From an uncultured Acidimicrobiia bacterium (GTDB lineage Bacteria > Actinomycetota > Acidimicrobiia > Spongiisociales > UBA11373): a stretch of 64,000 nt of DNA. Position numbers and translations under genes: made by a program. Positions 29,348 through 39,445 of this stretch are shown one piece after another. Under the pieces are notes generated by a model. That model did no database searches, was not told the DNA's origin, and saw nothing but the letters and a program-made list of their open reading frames with translations. Each line of letters starts with the position of its first letter. Position 1 is the first letter of the stretch. The stretch is from contig CAZTJO010000006.1 in NCBI GenBank assembly GCA_964614095.1, positions 4,735-68,734 on the forward strand, given 5' to 3'.

Positions 29348-30024
29348 TACCTATGCCCTCGATCGTCGGGGGATGAACAAAAGATAGCTCTTCCCACCCG
29401 CAAGATAGTGGCACCTTCTTCTACGGCAACTTCAAAATCATCGGTCATGCCCATAGAAAGCTCCACCAGCTGCGGCCACCGACTCGAAAGCTGCTCCCTC
29501 AGAGCGGCCAGTCTGCGGAAGTAGGGACGGGATGTCTCCGGGTCGGTGGTCGCTGGGGGCATGGTCATGAGCCCTCGCACCTCTAGCCCCAGCCGCAGCG
29601 CCAGCTCGACCAGGCCTTCGGTTTCCTCGACCGTCACTCCCGCCTTCCGTGGCTCCGCCGCCACGTTCACTTGCACCAGCACCGGCGGCGGCGCTCCGGG
29701 GCCTTTGCGCCAATAGCGCGCCAATTCGAGCCGGTCCAACGAGTGCAGCAGGTGGGTGACGGGACGCACCAGCTTCACCTTGTTCCCCTGAAGCCTCCCC
29801 ACAAAATGCCAACGAACATCACCCGGCAGCAGTTCAGAACGATCGACCAGTGCAGCCGCCCTGTTCTCAGCAAAGTCGCGCTGCCCGCCCCTGTAGGCGG
29901 CGACAATCGAATCGACGTCGGCCTGCTTGCTGACGGCGACCAACGTGATCTCTTCGGCCCCGCGCCCGGCTCGCGCCGCCGCGGCGGCGATCCTGGCGCG
30001 CACCGTGCTCAAGCCGACAACCAT
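29347..30024 (-). CDS. yggS: YggS-family pyridoxal phosphate homeostasis protein
   Basis: LVAVSKQ (the PLP-binding Lys), HFVGRLQGNK and LSMGMTDDFE. Confidence 0.85.
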   Translation of the reverse strand: MVVGLSTVRARIAAAAARAGRGAEEITLVAVSKQADVDSIVAAYRGGQRDFAENRAAALVDRSELLPGDVRWHFVGRLQGNKVKLVRPVTHLLHSLDRLELARYWRKGPGAPPPVLVQVNVAAEPRKAGVTVEETEGLVELALRLGLEVRGLMTMPPATTDPETSRPYFRRLAALREQLSSRWPQLVELSMGMTDDFEVAVEEGATILRVGRAIFCSSPDDRGHR

Positions 30025-30632
30025 GCCAATGCCACCTGTCTGCCTGGGGTGCCGTCTCGTCGGAACGAATGAAATCCCTCACCACACATAGTGCACACTC
30101 CCGCCCTCCACACATCGAGTCCGGACAACTCGGGCTCGATCGCAGCAACGATATCGACGCTCGGCGTTCCCCACGAAGTACGGCCCATGTGCCCGTCAAA
30201 ACGCCGGGCCACGTCGGGTCCGACCTCAAAGCAGCACGGCCCGATGCCGGGCCCTACGGCAGCACGCCGCAGCTGCACTCCCAGCTCCTCGAGGACCCGG
30301 CGCGTGGCCAACACCACGCCGGCGGCGGCCCCCCGCCAGCCCACGTGGGCAATGCCGGCTCCGCCTTCGCCCTCCAGCACCACGGCGAAACAGTCGGCGG
30401 TGGCCACAGCCAGGGGCAGCCCGGCGACCGTCGTCACCAAGCCGTCACCGTCTCCGGCTAGACCCGGCCCGGTGACCTGAAGCACCCGGCTCCCATGAAC
30501 CTGCCGCAGCCAGGCCCACGCCGCGGACAGACCAAGCGCAGCGGCAATGCGCCGGCGTGACTCGAAATCCGAACAATCTCCGTCTGCAACCAGGCCAAAT
30601 GCCGTCCCGCCGAACCCGGGCGGCCGGATCAT
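30009..30632 (-). CDS. pgeF: PgeF/YfiH-family laccase-domain protein (peptidoglycan editing factor / purine nucleoside phosphorylase-like)
   Basis: The ADCFAV...HVGWRGAAAGVV...CTMC motif set. Confidence 0.8.
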   Translation of the reverse strand: MIRPPGFGGTAFGLVADGDCSDFESRRRIAAALGLSAAWAWLRQVHGSRVLQVTGPGLAGDGDGLVTTVAGLPLAVATADCFAVVLEGEGGAGIAHVGWRGAAAGVVLATRRVLEELGVQLRRAAVGPGIGPCCFEVGPDVARRFDGHMGRTSWGTPSVDIVAAIEPELSGLDVWRAGVCTMCGEGFHSFRRDGTPGRQVALAWLSA

Positions 30633-31708
30633 CCCTTCAGGAAATCAGGGATATCGAGGTCGTCCAGGCCGGTGTCGTTCTCGGCCGAGTCCAAAGCCAG
30701 GTCGGGAATGCTTGTCCTCGCCGCGCGAGGACGGACCAGCGGGCGCCCCTGTTCGGTTTCGAAGCCGGCGGCAATGGCCGTAACCCTGATCTCATCGCCG
30801 AGAGAATTGTCGATGACGGCGCCAAAGATCAGATTGGCGTCCGGATCGCAGTGCTCAGCAATGGAAACCGCGGCGTGATTCACCTCTTGGAGCGTGAGGT
30901 TGGCCGGCCCGGTTATCGACAGCAGGACTCCGTTTGAGCCCTCCATCGAGGATTCCAGCATCGGACTGGTGATGGCCCTCTGCGCGGCCTGCTCGGCACG
31001 GCCTTCTCCGGAGGCCCGGCCGATGCCCATCACCGCAGATCCGGCTCCCTGGAGCACCGAGCGCACATCGGCAAAATCGACATTGATGAGGCCCGGCGTG
31101 GTGATGAGATCGGTGATTCCGCCCACCCCGCTCAGCAGCACCTCGTCGGCAAGCCGGAAGGCGTCCAGCATGGACAGGCCGGAGTCGGCGTGCTCCAGCA
31201 GACGCTGATTGGGAATGATGATCAGGGTGTCGACGGCATTCCGGAGCGCCTGGATGCCCTGCTCGGCCTGAACTGAGCGCCGTCTTCCCTCGAATCCGAA
31301 GGGGCGGGTCACCACCGCAACGGTGAGAGCTCCCGTGCTGCGGGCGGCCTCGGCGACAATCGGAGCGCCACCGGTGCCGGTGCCGCCGCCCTCTCCGGCG
31401 GTGACGAACACCATATCCGAACCCCGAAGCGCCTCTTCGATCTCCTCCCGATGATCCTCAGCAGAGGCGCGCCCCACCTCGGGGTCGGCGCCGGCGCCAA
31501 GCCCCCGGGTGATATTGCGTCCGATGTCGAGTTTAATGTCGGCATCGGACATCAGCAGGGCTTGGGCGTCGGTGTTGACGGCTACAAACTCCACGCCGCG
31601 CAGACCCGCCTCGATCATGCGGTTGATTGCGTTGACTCCGCCGCCACCAACGCCAACCACCCTTATCACGGCAAGGTATGCCTGCAACCCGTGTGTCTCC
31701 GTCGTCAT
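30629..31708 (-). CDS. ftsZ: Cell division protein FtsZ
   Basis: The GGGTGTG tubulin signature, plus the N-terminal VIRVVGVGGGGVNA. Confidence 0.97.
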   Translation of the reverse strand: MTTETHGLQAYLAVIRVVGVGGGGVNAINRMIEAGLRGVEFVAVNTDAQALLMSDADIKLDIGRNITRGLGAGADPEVGRASAEDHREEIEEALRGSDMVFVTAGEGGGTGTGGAPIVAEAARSTGALTVAVVTRPFGFEGRRRSVQAEQGIQALRNAVDTLIIIPNQRLLEHADSGLSMLDAFRLADEVLLSGVGGITDLITTPGLINVDFADVRSVLQGAGSAVMGIGRASGEGRAEQAAQRAITSPMLESSMEGSNGVLLSITGPANLTLQEVNHAAVSIAEHCDPDANLIFGAVIDNSLGDEIRVTAIAAGFETEQGRPLVRPRAARTSIPDLALDSAENDTGLDDLDIPDFLKG

Positions 31709-31816
31709 TCAGGTTCCTTCAGGCGTTGACCAACCCGCGCGCGTTCCCTGAAGCTCCCGTGGAAGGTTACTAGGGAGCAAGCCGTCGTCAGGTACCATCG
31801 CGGCAAACCCTCCACT

Positions 31817-32614
31817 TCAACTTGAGGCTTCCGGTTCTCCTTCACTGGCCCCTCCGCCCGGTACGTCGGCGGATGGTAGGGGCAAGCTAATCGCAGGACG
31901 CGACGCTGCGACCAGATCGACGTAAGTTCCCCACGGCAGATCCTCGTCCAGCAGGGCCTCCAGTGTCTGCGCCTTTTCGGCGAAATCCACGATACGCCCC
32001 AGACGGACATCAAGTCCATCTATGAAGGTCCAGACCTCTGCACCCTGCCACAACAGCCAGGTTCGAGCCGCCACCTCGGGGCTGAGCACCTCCGCCATGG
32101 CCACAACTTCGTGCCAGGCATCGTCTGCAGGCCGATCACCCGGCACCAGATCTAGAAATCTAAGATCAGCCGACAGCAGGCCGATCCCCGGCTCCGAGCC
32201 GACCTCCAGCACCGTGCCGTCACCGGCCACGAGCATCCAGGTATCCACGCCGCCGACCCAGACGGACTCGGTACGCTCAATGACCTCGATAACAAGGCGG
32301 TTGGGAAAAACGCGTTCGGCGCGAACATCTTGCACCCAGGGATCGGCCCGCACCGCCGCTTCCACCTCGCCCGTGTCGAGCCAGATCATGATGGCCCCCT
32401 CACCGAGCCCGGCATCGGCCAGACAGCCGTCCACATCGGCGTTGTGAGCGCCGACGATCTCGATCTCCTGCACCGACATCCACGGCGAGTGGAACACGGC
32501 CGTGGTGGTGGCGACCGCGACGGCAAGAACAAAACCGGCCATGACCAGCAGACGCCGGCGCCCCATTCTCCGGGGCACGTCCTCCTCACTCAGACGGCGT
32601 ATGTGCTCAGTCAT
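31817..32614 (-). CDS. ftsQ: Cell division protein FtsQ/DivIB
   Basis: A single transmembrane segment followed by POTRA and FtsQ domains (VQEIEIVGAHN...). Position is conserved between murB and ftsZ. Confidence 0.8.
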   Translation of the reverse strand: MTEHIRRLSEEDVPRRMGRRRLLVMAGFVLAVAVATTTAVFHSPWMSVQEIEIVGAHNADVDGCLADAGLGEGAIMIWLDTGEVEAAVRADPWVQDVRAERVFPNRLVIEVIERTESVWVGGVDTWMLVAGDGTVLEVGSEPGIGLLSADLRFLDLVPGDRPADDAWHEVVAMAEVLSPEVAARTWLLWQGAEVWTFIDGLDVRLGRIVDFAEKAQTLEALLDEDLPWGTYVDLVAASRPAISLPLPSADVPGGGASEGEPEASS

Positions 32615-33510
32615 GACGTAAACGGACCCACAAAACGAACCTCCGGCTCGAGGTCGATGCCGGTGCTCTCACGCACCCTCCGTCGAACCGCCGTCACCAG
32701 ATCGTGGATGTCCTGCGGCGTGGCCGCTGGTCCGGCCACAAAGAAGTTCCCGTGCTTGTGCGAGACGGAAACGTCACCAATCTGGAGACCCTTCAGGCCC
32801 TGTTCGTCGATGATGCGCCCCGCCACATCGCCGGGGGGGTTCTTGAAGACGCTGCCCGCGTTCAGGGTTCCCCCCGGCTGACGCTCCTTGCGCCAGCTGA
32901 TCACTTCGCGGATCAGGCGCTCCGAATCTGACCGGCTCCGGGGCACCGTACGAAATGTGCCCGCCACCACCACTTCGGTATCGGAGAGGTTGCTGTGCCG
33001 ATAGCGAAGCTCGAGATCGCCCCCAATACGCTCGTCCACCGCGCCCGTGGCCAGGTCGACAACCCGGGCGTGCACCAGCCACTCGGACGTGTCGGCGCCA
33101 TAGCAGCCAGCATTCATACGAATGGCTCCACCCACCGAGCCCGGTATGCCGGCCATGAACTCCAACCCGCCACGATCGATCTCCGCCGATCGACGCGCCA
33201 GCAACGAGAGCGGAAGGCCGCCGCCCCCTTCGATGGCTCCCTCGTCCCCCACACTGAATCCGGCCATGGCCAGCCGCACAACAACTCCCGGGAATCCCGC
33301 CGCCGAGACGACGACGTTGCTCCCCCGGCCCAGCACCACTACCGGCTGCGGATCCTCGCTCAAGGCTTGGGTCAAACGCAGCAGACTCTGCTCGTCACCG
33401 GCTTCCATCAGGTAGCGAGCAGGGCCCCCGAGCTTGTAGGTGGTCAGAGGGGCGAGGTCGACGTTCTCCTCCGCCAGACCCTCGGCGACGAGGTCAGCCA
33501 ACCCGCTCAC
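32611..33510 (-). CDS. murB: UDP-N-acetylenolpyruvoylglucosamine reductase
   Basis: FAD-binding domain LTTYKLGGPARY...VLGRGSNVVV, plus the GSVFKNP motif. Confidence 0.9.
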   Translation of the reverse strand: MSGLADLVAEGLAEENVDLAPLTTYKLGGPARYLMEAGDEQSLLRLTQALSEDPQPVVVLGRGSNVVVSAAGFPGVVVRLAMAGFSVGDEGAIEGGGGLPLSLLARRSAEIDRGGLEFMAGIPGSVGGAIRMNAGCYGADTSEWLVHARVVDLATGAVDERIGGDLELRYRHSNLSDTEVVVAGTFRTVPRSRSDSERLIREVISWRKERQPGGTLNAGSVFKNPPGDVAGRIIDEQGLKGLQIGDVSVSHKHGNFFVAGPAATPQDIHDLVTAVRRRVRESTGIDLEPEVRFVGPFTS

Positions 33511-34874
33511 TTCAGACTCCCCAGCAGCGGCGCCAACTCCTCGGCCACGATGGTGACATCGCCGGCACCCATCAGAATGACCAGGTCGCCGGGACGAGCC
33601 TCTGCGGCGATGGTTTCGGCAAGATCGGCGCGGCGGGGCACATAGGCAACGTCGGCGCCGGCGCCAGCGGCCGCATCGGCGACCAGCTGCCCGCTCACTC
33701 CGGGCACGGGCGCCTCCCCCGCGCTGTAGACGTCGGTCACAAAGACCCGATCGGCGCCGGCCAGCACCAAACCGAACTCGCCGGCGTGCTCTGCGGTGCG
33801 AGTGAATCGGTGCGGCTGGAATACGGCCACGATCCGCCCCTCCGTGCCCAGGCGAGCCGCCTCAATCACGGCCGCCACCTCGCTGGGGTGGTGGGCGTAG
33901 TCGTCCACAACGGTGACCCCGGCGATCTTGCCCCGCACCTCAAACCGCCGTCGCACCCCGCCAAAGGACGCCAATCCTGAAGCTGCCGCCCTCACATCGA
34001 GCCCCAACTCACCGATCAGGGCCAGCGCTCCGGCGGCATTCCGCGCCACGTGGAGCCCAGGGCGGGGAACCGCGACCTCCACCCGGTCACCACCATGATC
34101 GAGATGGAACTGCACCGCGCCGCCACGGTGATACACATCGACGATTCGCCAATCGGCTGCTTCGGCGGTGCCGTAGGTAACCACTTTCGCGATTCCGGCC
34201 GCCAGCCGCAGAGCACCCGGATCGTCGATCCCGGCAACCACCGGGCCGTCTACGCCTGAGGCCACACCGGCAAAAGCATCCTCAAGCCGGGGCAGTGATT
34301 TGTAGTAGTCGAGGTGGTCCGCCTCGATGTTGGTGATGACAAGACCGGCAAAGTGCAGGCCCAAGAAGGTGCCGAACGCCTCGTCCGCCTCGAGCACAAA
34401 AAGGCCGGGTTCACCAAGGTGGGCGTTTGTGTTCAGATCACCAAGCAGACCGCCCACCACAAAAGTCGGATCACGTCCAAGCGCCTGTAGCCCGGCCACC
34501 AGCAAGGCGGTCGCCGTGGTCTTGCCGTGTGTGCCCGTGACGCCAAGCGCCGGATCCTGGGCCGTCATCTCTGCCAGCAAGCGGGGTCGCTCCCAAACCT
34601 CGACGCCGGCTTTGCCGGCAGCCACGATCTCGGGATCGGTCGCCGGCACCGCAGACGAGGCCACAACAAGATCCGAAGCGGCCGCCGCCTCGGGGCGATG
34701 ACCCACCCAGGTCTCCACACCCAGCGACGACAGCTCGGCACTGGCGCGCCCCGGCTTTAGATCCGAACCCGTCACCGTATGCCCCGCCTGCGCAAGCAGC
34801 TTGGCCAGCGCACTCATGCCGGCCCCGGCAATTCCGATCACGTGGATACGGGAATACCCCTCGATTCCGCTCAT
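33507..34874 (-). CDS. murC: UDP-N-acetylmuramate--L-alanine ligase
   Basis: IHVIGIAGAGMSALA, GTHGKTTAT, and the start (MSGIEGY) overlaps the murG stop as ATGA. Confidence 0.92.
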   Translation of the reverse strand: MSGIEGYSRIHVIGIAGAGMSALAKLLAQAGHTVTGSDLKPGRASAELSSLGVETWVGHRPEAAAASDLVVASSAVPATDPEIVAAGKAGVEVWERPRLLAEMTAQDPALGVTGTHGKTTATALLVAGLQALGRDPTFVVGGLLGDLNTNAHLGEPGLFVLEADEAFGTFLGLHFAGLVITNIEADHLDYYKSLPRLEDAFAGVASGVDGPVVAGIDDPGALRLAAGIAKVVTYGTAEAADWRIVDVYHRGGAVQFHLDHGGDRVEVAVPRPGLHVARNAAGALALIGELGLDVRAAASGLASFGGVRRRFEVRGKIAGVTVVDDYAHHPSEVAAVIEAARLGTEGRIVAVFQPHRFTRTAEHAGEFGLVLAGADRVFVTDVYSAGEAPVPGVSGQLVADAAAGAGADVAYVPRRADLAETIAAEARPGDLVILMGAGDVTIVAEELAPLLGSLK

Positions 34875-35944
34875 GCCGTCTCCAGCAAGTGGCCGGCGAT
34901 GATGTCCGCAGCATGCGGAAGCGCAACCGCGGCGGCGGCCGCACTCATTTGGGCCCGGATGTCCGGAGCTCCAAGCAACTCCTTCACCAATGTGGGCAAC
35001 AGCGGCAGATCGGCCTGGCGCACCACCCGGGCCCCTCCGGCGTTCTCGAGAGCCGCCGCGTTGTGATGCTGCCCCACCCGCTCCAGCGGCACCAACACGG
35101 CGGCGGTGGCCGTGGCCGCCACTTCGCTCACCGTCATGGCCCCGGCCCGGCACAGAACGAGATCGACGGCGGCATAGAAGAGGTCCATTCGGTCCTCAGA
35201 AGGCAGACAGAGCCATTGCAGCGGTGACGTTTGCGCCCGACGGGCCATTTCATCCGCCGCCTCTTGGCCCGCCAGGTGCAATACGGCAAGCGGGCCTCCA
35301 CTCCATTGCTCCACCACGATGGCCGCAGACTCGTTGATGGCCCGGGCACCCAGGCTTCCGCCCATCACCCCCAGCACCACCGAGCTAGGCGTGATGTTGT
35401 ACCGGCGCCTCGCCTCAGCACCGAGCTTCGCCCGATCGAATGACACGATCTCACGACGCAGGGGATTCCCGGTCAGCACCGAGCGGGGAAGAGCCTCCGC
35501 CGGACCTGGGAGGCCGAGGAATATCGCCTGAGCCCGGCGAGCGGCGAAACGGGTCGCCAGCCCCGGCTTGGCGTTCTGCTCCTGGACGAACAGGGCGGCG
35601 CCGGTGCGCCGGGCCGCGATGGCCGCGGGTACCGTGGCGTACCCGCTCATGCCGAGCACCACCTTGGCGCCGCGCCCGGTGAGCTCATCGGCCATGGCCC
35701 TGGCGGTACGCCGCACGGCAAACGGTATTTGCAGGTTCTTCGGGGTCAAAGACCGCTCAAGCCGTACCAGATCGAATCCCACAAACGGAAACCCGGCCGC
35801 AGGTACCTTCGTCGCCTCGAGGCGATCACCTCCAAAAAAGACAACCTCGGCCCGGGGCACACCTCGTTCCACGAGTGTCTCACCGATCGCCAAGGCCGGG
35901 TACACATGGCCGCCCGTTCCGGCGGCGACTATCGCGATGGTCAC
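34871..35944 (-). CDS. murG: UDP-N-acetylglucosamine--N-acetylmuramyl-(pentapeptide) pyrophosphoryl-undecaprenol N-acetylglucosamine transferase
   Basis: AAGTGGHVYPALA and GGSLGA motifs, with a GTG start overlapping the ftsW stop as GTGA. The ORF extension further upstream is an artefact. Confidence 0.9.
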   Translation of the reverse strand: MTIAIVAAGTGGHVYPALAIGETLVERGVPRAEVVFFGGDRLEATKVPAAGFPFVGFDLVRLERSLTPKNLQIPFAVRRTARAMADELTGRGAKVVLGMSGYATVPAAIAARRTGAALFVQEQNAKPGLATRFAARRAQAIFLGLPGPAEALPRSVLTGNPLRREIVSFDRAKLGAEARRRYNITPSSVVLGVMGGSLGARAINESAAIVVEQWSGGPLAVLHLAGQEAADEMARRAQTSPLQWLCLPSEDRMDLFYAAVDLVLCRAGAMTVSEVAATATAAVLVPLERVGQHHNAAALENAGGARVVRQADLPLLPTLVKELLGAPDIRAQMSAAAAAVALPHAADIIAGHLLETA

Positions 35945-37116
35945 ACCGCCCCCCGCAGAGTCGGACCCTGCTCCCGCAGCACGCTGATGAGGATCCCCAC
36001 ACCGATCATCTCGGTGACAAGAGCGCTTCCGCCGAGCGAAAGGAAGGGCAGAGGCACCCCAGTGATGGGAATAGCCCTCACCACACCTGCGATGTTCACC
36101 AGCGCCTGGGCCGTGAGCCAGGTCGTGACACCTATGGCGACCAGCCGGCCGAATCGATCGGACGAACGGAAAGCCACCATCGTTCCGGCGACGGTGAGGG
36201 TCAAGAACAGCAGGACCACGGCGAGCGATCCGGCAAGCCCGGTCTCTTCTCCGATGATGGCAAAGATGAAGTCGGTGTGAGCATTGGGAAGGAAAGACCA
36301 GCGCGCCCTGCTTGCCCCCAGCCCAACCCCAAAGACCCCGCCGGTGCCGAGGGCTACGAGCGACTGCGTGACCTGATAGTCGCTGCCGAGGGGATCCGCG
36401 CCGAACTGGAAGAAGGACATGATCCGGTCCCACCTCTCCGGCGATGTCGCCGCCAAGGCCACCGCGCCTGCGGCGCCCACCACACCCCCGCCGAGCACAT
36501 ACCCCATGGGAGCTGCCGAAGCAGCAAGCACAGCGAAAGCTGCTGCCGCCACCAGCAAGGCCGTGCCCAGATCCGGCTGAAAGACAACAAGGAAACCCAC
36601 GATGCCGAGAGACCCGGCCACCGGCCAAAAGAAGTCGCGGAAGCGGTGCATGGAGCCCTCACGCCGACTGACGAGTGTGGACAGGAACAGCACCGTGCTC
36701 AGCTTGGCCAGCTCAGACGCCTGCAGGGACACCGGCCCAATAACAAGCCAGCGTGTCGCCCCATATGCTCGCTCGCCGACCATCAGCGTGGCGACAAGAA
36801 GCAGCACGGTGACGACAAACAGTGGGAACGCGGCCCGGCGCCACCAGCGCATCGGTGTGGCGGCAGCGGCGGCGAGCGCCAGGATGCCCACTCCGAGCCA
36901 CATCAGCTGACGTTTGAAGTAGTAGAGAGAGTCGCCGGTCTCGCGAAGCGCCAACACCGAAGAGGCCGAAAGGAGGGCGCCGAGCCCAACGATTATGAGC
37001 AGTGCCGTGGGAACCAGCACAAAGATGGAGAGACGTGACGAGCTGCGCGCCAGCCGGTGCGCCTGCCGAGCCTCAGCTCTCGTCGCCGTGATCGAGACCA
37101 CATGTGTCGCCATCAT
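35941..37116 (-). CDS. ftsW: Peptidoglycan glycosyltransferase FtsW (SEDS family)
   Basis: Ten-transmembrane SEDS protein carrying the ALVNIAGVVRAIPITGVPLPFLSLGGSAL motif. Confidence 0.9.
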   Translation of the reverse strand: MMATHVVSITATRAEARQAHRLARSSSRLSIFVLVPTALLIIVGLGALLSASSVLALRETGDSLYYFKRQLMWLGVGILALAAAAATPMRWWRRAAFPLFVVTVLLLVATLMVGERAYGATRWLVIGPVSLQASELAKLSTVLFLSTLVSRREGSMHRFRDFFWPVAGSLGIVGFLVVFQPDLGTALLVAAAAFAVLAASAAPMGYVLGGGVVGAAGAVALAATSPERWDRIMSFFQFGADPLGSDYQVTQSLVALGTGGVFGVGLGASRARWSFLPNAHTDFIFAIIGEETGLAGSLAVVLLFLTLTVAGTMVAFRSSDRFGRLVAIGVTTWLTAQALVNIAGVVRAIPITGVPLPFLSLGGSALVTEMIGVGILISVLREQGPTLRGAV

Positions 37117-38396
37117 TCCTCCTTGAGGCGTCTCACCGTGGTGGCGAAGGCGTCGCCACGCTCGACGTACGACTCGAACATGTCGAAAGAGGCACACGCC
37201 GGAGCGAGAAGCACGGTGTCGCCTTCCGTGGCCCACCCGTCTGCAATGGCCACTGCTTCCGTCAGATTGGAGGCGACGGTTCCTGCGACCCCGGCATCCA
37301 CCATCTCCCGCCCCGCCTCGCCGATCCCTATGACGTAGCGCACCGATGGCTCCTGCGCCACCGCCGCCACTTCGAGACCCTTGTTCCGCCCGCCGGCGAT
37401 GAGAACAACCGACGGGTAGGAGCGAACGGCGGCGATGGCGGCATGCGGGTTGGTTGCCTTCGAATCGTTCACCCAGAGCACCCCGTCCCAGTTGCCGATC
37501 TCCTGACGCCGGTGCCGGCCGGGCTTGAACTCCCGGGCCACTTCAATCACTGCATCGGGCGCCGCCCCCATGTACAAGGCTGCTTCGCCGGCTGCGGCCA
37601 CATCGACGAGGAATGCAGGGTCGGTGGCCTGCATGGCGGAGAGATCGAGCCCGGCGCCTCCAATCCAGAGTCTGCCCTCTTCAGGACCGCTGCCACCGTG
37701 AGGACGGCGTGATCCGCTGACCTCGACCTGAGGTACCTGAACATCGGCAACCGCCCGAGCTGCTCCCTCGTCGTCGGCATCGAAGATCAGGACGTTGTCC
37801 GACTCTTGGTTCTCCCAGATGCGGGCCTTGGCGGCCGCGTAGGCATCGAACGACCCATGCCAATCGAGATGGTCGGGAGCGAGGTTCAGCAACACGGAGA
37901 CCTCGGGATGGAACTCATCGATGAAACGCAACTGGAAACTCGATGCCTCGACCACCAACACGTCCCATTCGCCGCCGACGGCATCGCTGAGCGGAAGCCC
38001 GATGTTGCCGACGGCACGAGCGCGCCGGCCTGAAGTGCTGAGCATCTCGGCGGTCAGGCCCGTTGCCGTCGTCTTCCCATTAGTGCCGGTGATGGCGATG
38101 AGAGGAGCATTGATGTGCCGCGATGCGAGCTCCATCTCGCTCCATACCGGAAGGCCGGCGCCGAGCGAATCCTGGATGGGGGCAGCATGTTCAGGAACGC
38201 CCGGGCTCACCACCACCAGATCCACCCCGTGCAGCAGCTGGGAATCCCAGTCTCCACCGTACGTCTGCCGCCGGCCTTCGAGCCCGATCAGCGACCTGGG
38301 GTCGGCATCGTAGACCGCCGTTTCGTGACCCTCATGCTCGAGAAGCCCAACGGCCACCCTCCCGCTCACCGCGGATCCGATGACAAGCACCCTCAT
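37113..38396 (-). CDS. murD: UDP-N-acetylmuramoylalanine--D-glutamate ligase
   Basis: MRVLVIGSAVSG, ITGTNGKTT, and the start overlaps the mraY stop as ATGA. Confidence 0.92.
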   Translation of the reverse strand: MRVLVIGSAVSGRVAVGLLEHEGHETAVYDADPRSLIGLEGRRQTYGGDWDSQLLHGVDLVVVSPGVPEHAAPIQDSLGAGLPVWSEMELASRHINAPLIAITGTNGKTTATGLTAEMLSTSGRRARAVGNIGLPLSDAVGGEWDVLVVEASSFQLRFIDEFHPEVSVLLNLAPDHLDWHGSFDAYAAAKARIWENQESDNVLIFDADDEGAARAVADVQVPQVEVSGSRRPHGGSGPEEGRLWIGGAGLDLSAMQATDPAFLVDVAAAGEAALYMGAAPDAVIEVAREFKPGRHRRQEIGNWDGVLWVNDSKATNPHAAIAAVRSYPSVVLIAGGRNKGLEVAAVAQEPSVRYVIGIGEAGREMVDAGVAGTVASNLTEAVAIADGWATEGDTVLLAPACASFDMFESYVERGDAFATTVRRLKEE

Positions 38397-39445
38397 CCCA
38401 CACCTCCCGATGCAATGAAGTCGTAGTAGAAGAATCCCAGAGCCAGGCCGATCGACAGAGCTGCGATGATCCAGAACCGGACGATGACGGTCGTTTCCGG
38501 CCAACCCTTGAGTTCGAAGTGGTGATGGATGGGAGCCATTAGGAAGAGGCGCTTGCCCCAGATGCGAAAGGCGATCACCTGGAGTATCACCGACATCGCC
38601 TCCAAGACGTAGAGGCCGCCGACGATGGCGAGCAGCAGATGCGTGTTCGTAAGCAGAGCCAGAGCCGCCATAGCGCCGCCGATCGCCTGCGCCCCGGTGT
38701 CGCCCATAAAGATCTTCGCCGGCGCCGTGTTCCACCACAGGAAGCCGAGAACCGCGCCGAAGAGCGCCGCGGACATGATGGCAAGCTCGAGACTGCCATC
38801 GGTCACGTTGTAGAAATCGGCATGGCGGAACTGCCAGAACGACATGATGGTGAACGCGCCGAACACAAGCGCGGCCGACCCGGACACCAGACCGTCGAGA
38901 CCGTCGGTGAAATTCACCGCGTTGGCCACCCCGGTGAGCAGCAACAGCACCCACAGCCAGTAGAAGCCGTTGAGATCGAACCCGAGCGGTCGGGTGAACG
39001 AGAGCTCGGTGCTCACCCCAAACTCGATGGCCCCCCAGTAGAAGAGAGCGGCAATGGCCAGCTGGCCGAGGAATTTCCAGCCCTTCCTCAGCCCGAGATT
39101 GCGGGCCCGACGCACCTTGAGGTAGTCGTCGAGCAGGCCGATGACCCCCATGCCGACAAAGGCGAGCAGCACCAGCATGCCGGGCAGCTCAAAATCCCTG
39201 AAGCCGAGCCGCCAGGCGCCTTCGGCGGAGCGCGCATCGATGTGCGCTACAAACCACCCGCCCACCACACCGAGGATGATGACGAGGCCTCCCATGGTCG
39301 GAGTGCCCCGCTTGTGCATGTGACCCTCGACCTCTTCCTGGATGAATTGGCCGATGGCGCGTGCCCTCAGCATGCGGATGGAGATCGGAGTGACCAGCAG
39401 AACCGCTCCAAAGGCCACCGCCGCCGCGAGCAGCATGACGATCAC
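38393..39445 (-). CDS. mraY: Phospho-N-acetylmuramoyl-pentapeptide transferase
   Basis: Ten transmembrane helices with the PTMGG, NAVNFTDGLDGL and HHHFE motifs. Confidence 0.93.
   Translation of the reverse strand: MIVMLLAAAVAFGAVLLVTPISIRMLRARAIGQFIQEEVEGHMHKRGTPTMGGLVIILGVVGGWFVAHIDARSAEGAWRLGFRDFELPGMLVLLAFVGMGVIGLLDDYLKVRRARNLGLRKGWKFLGQLAIAALFYWGAIEFGVSTELSFTRPLGFDLNGFYWLWVLLLLTGVANAVNFTDGLDGLVSGSAALVFGAFTIMSFWQFRHADFYNVTDGSLELAIMSAALFGAVLGFLWWNTAPAKIFMGDTGAQAIGGAMAALALLTNTHLLLAIVGGLYVLEAMSVILQVIAFRIWGKRLFLMAPIHHHFELKGWPETTVIVRFWIIAALSIGLALGFFYYDFIASGGVG

Noticed and set aside
34871-36628. 585-aa extended ORF containing murG
   Set aside because: The N-terminal 210 aa overlap ftsW in another frame. 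The true murG start is the GTG at 35944, which overlaps the ftsW stop.
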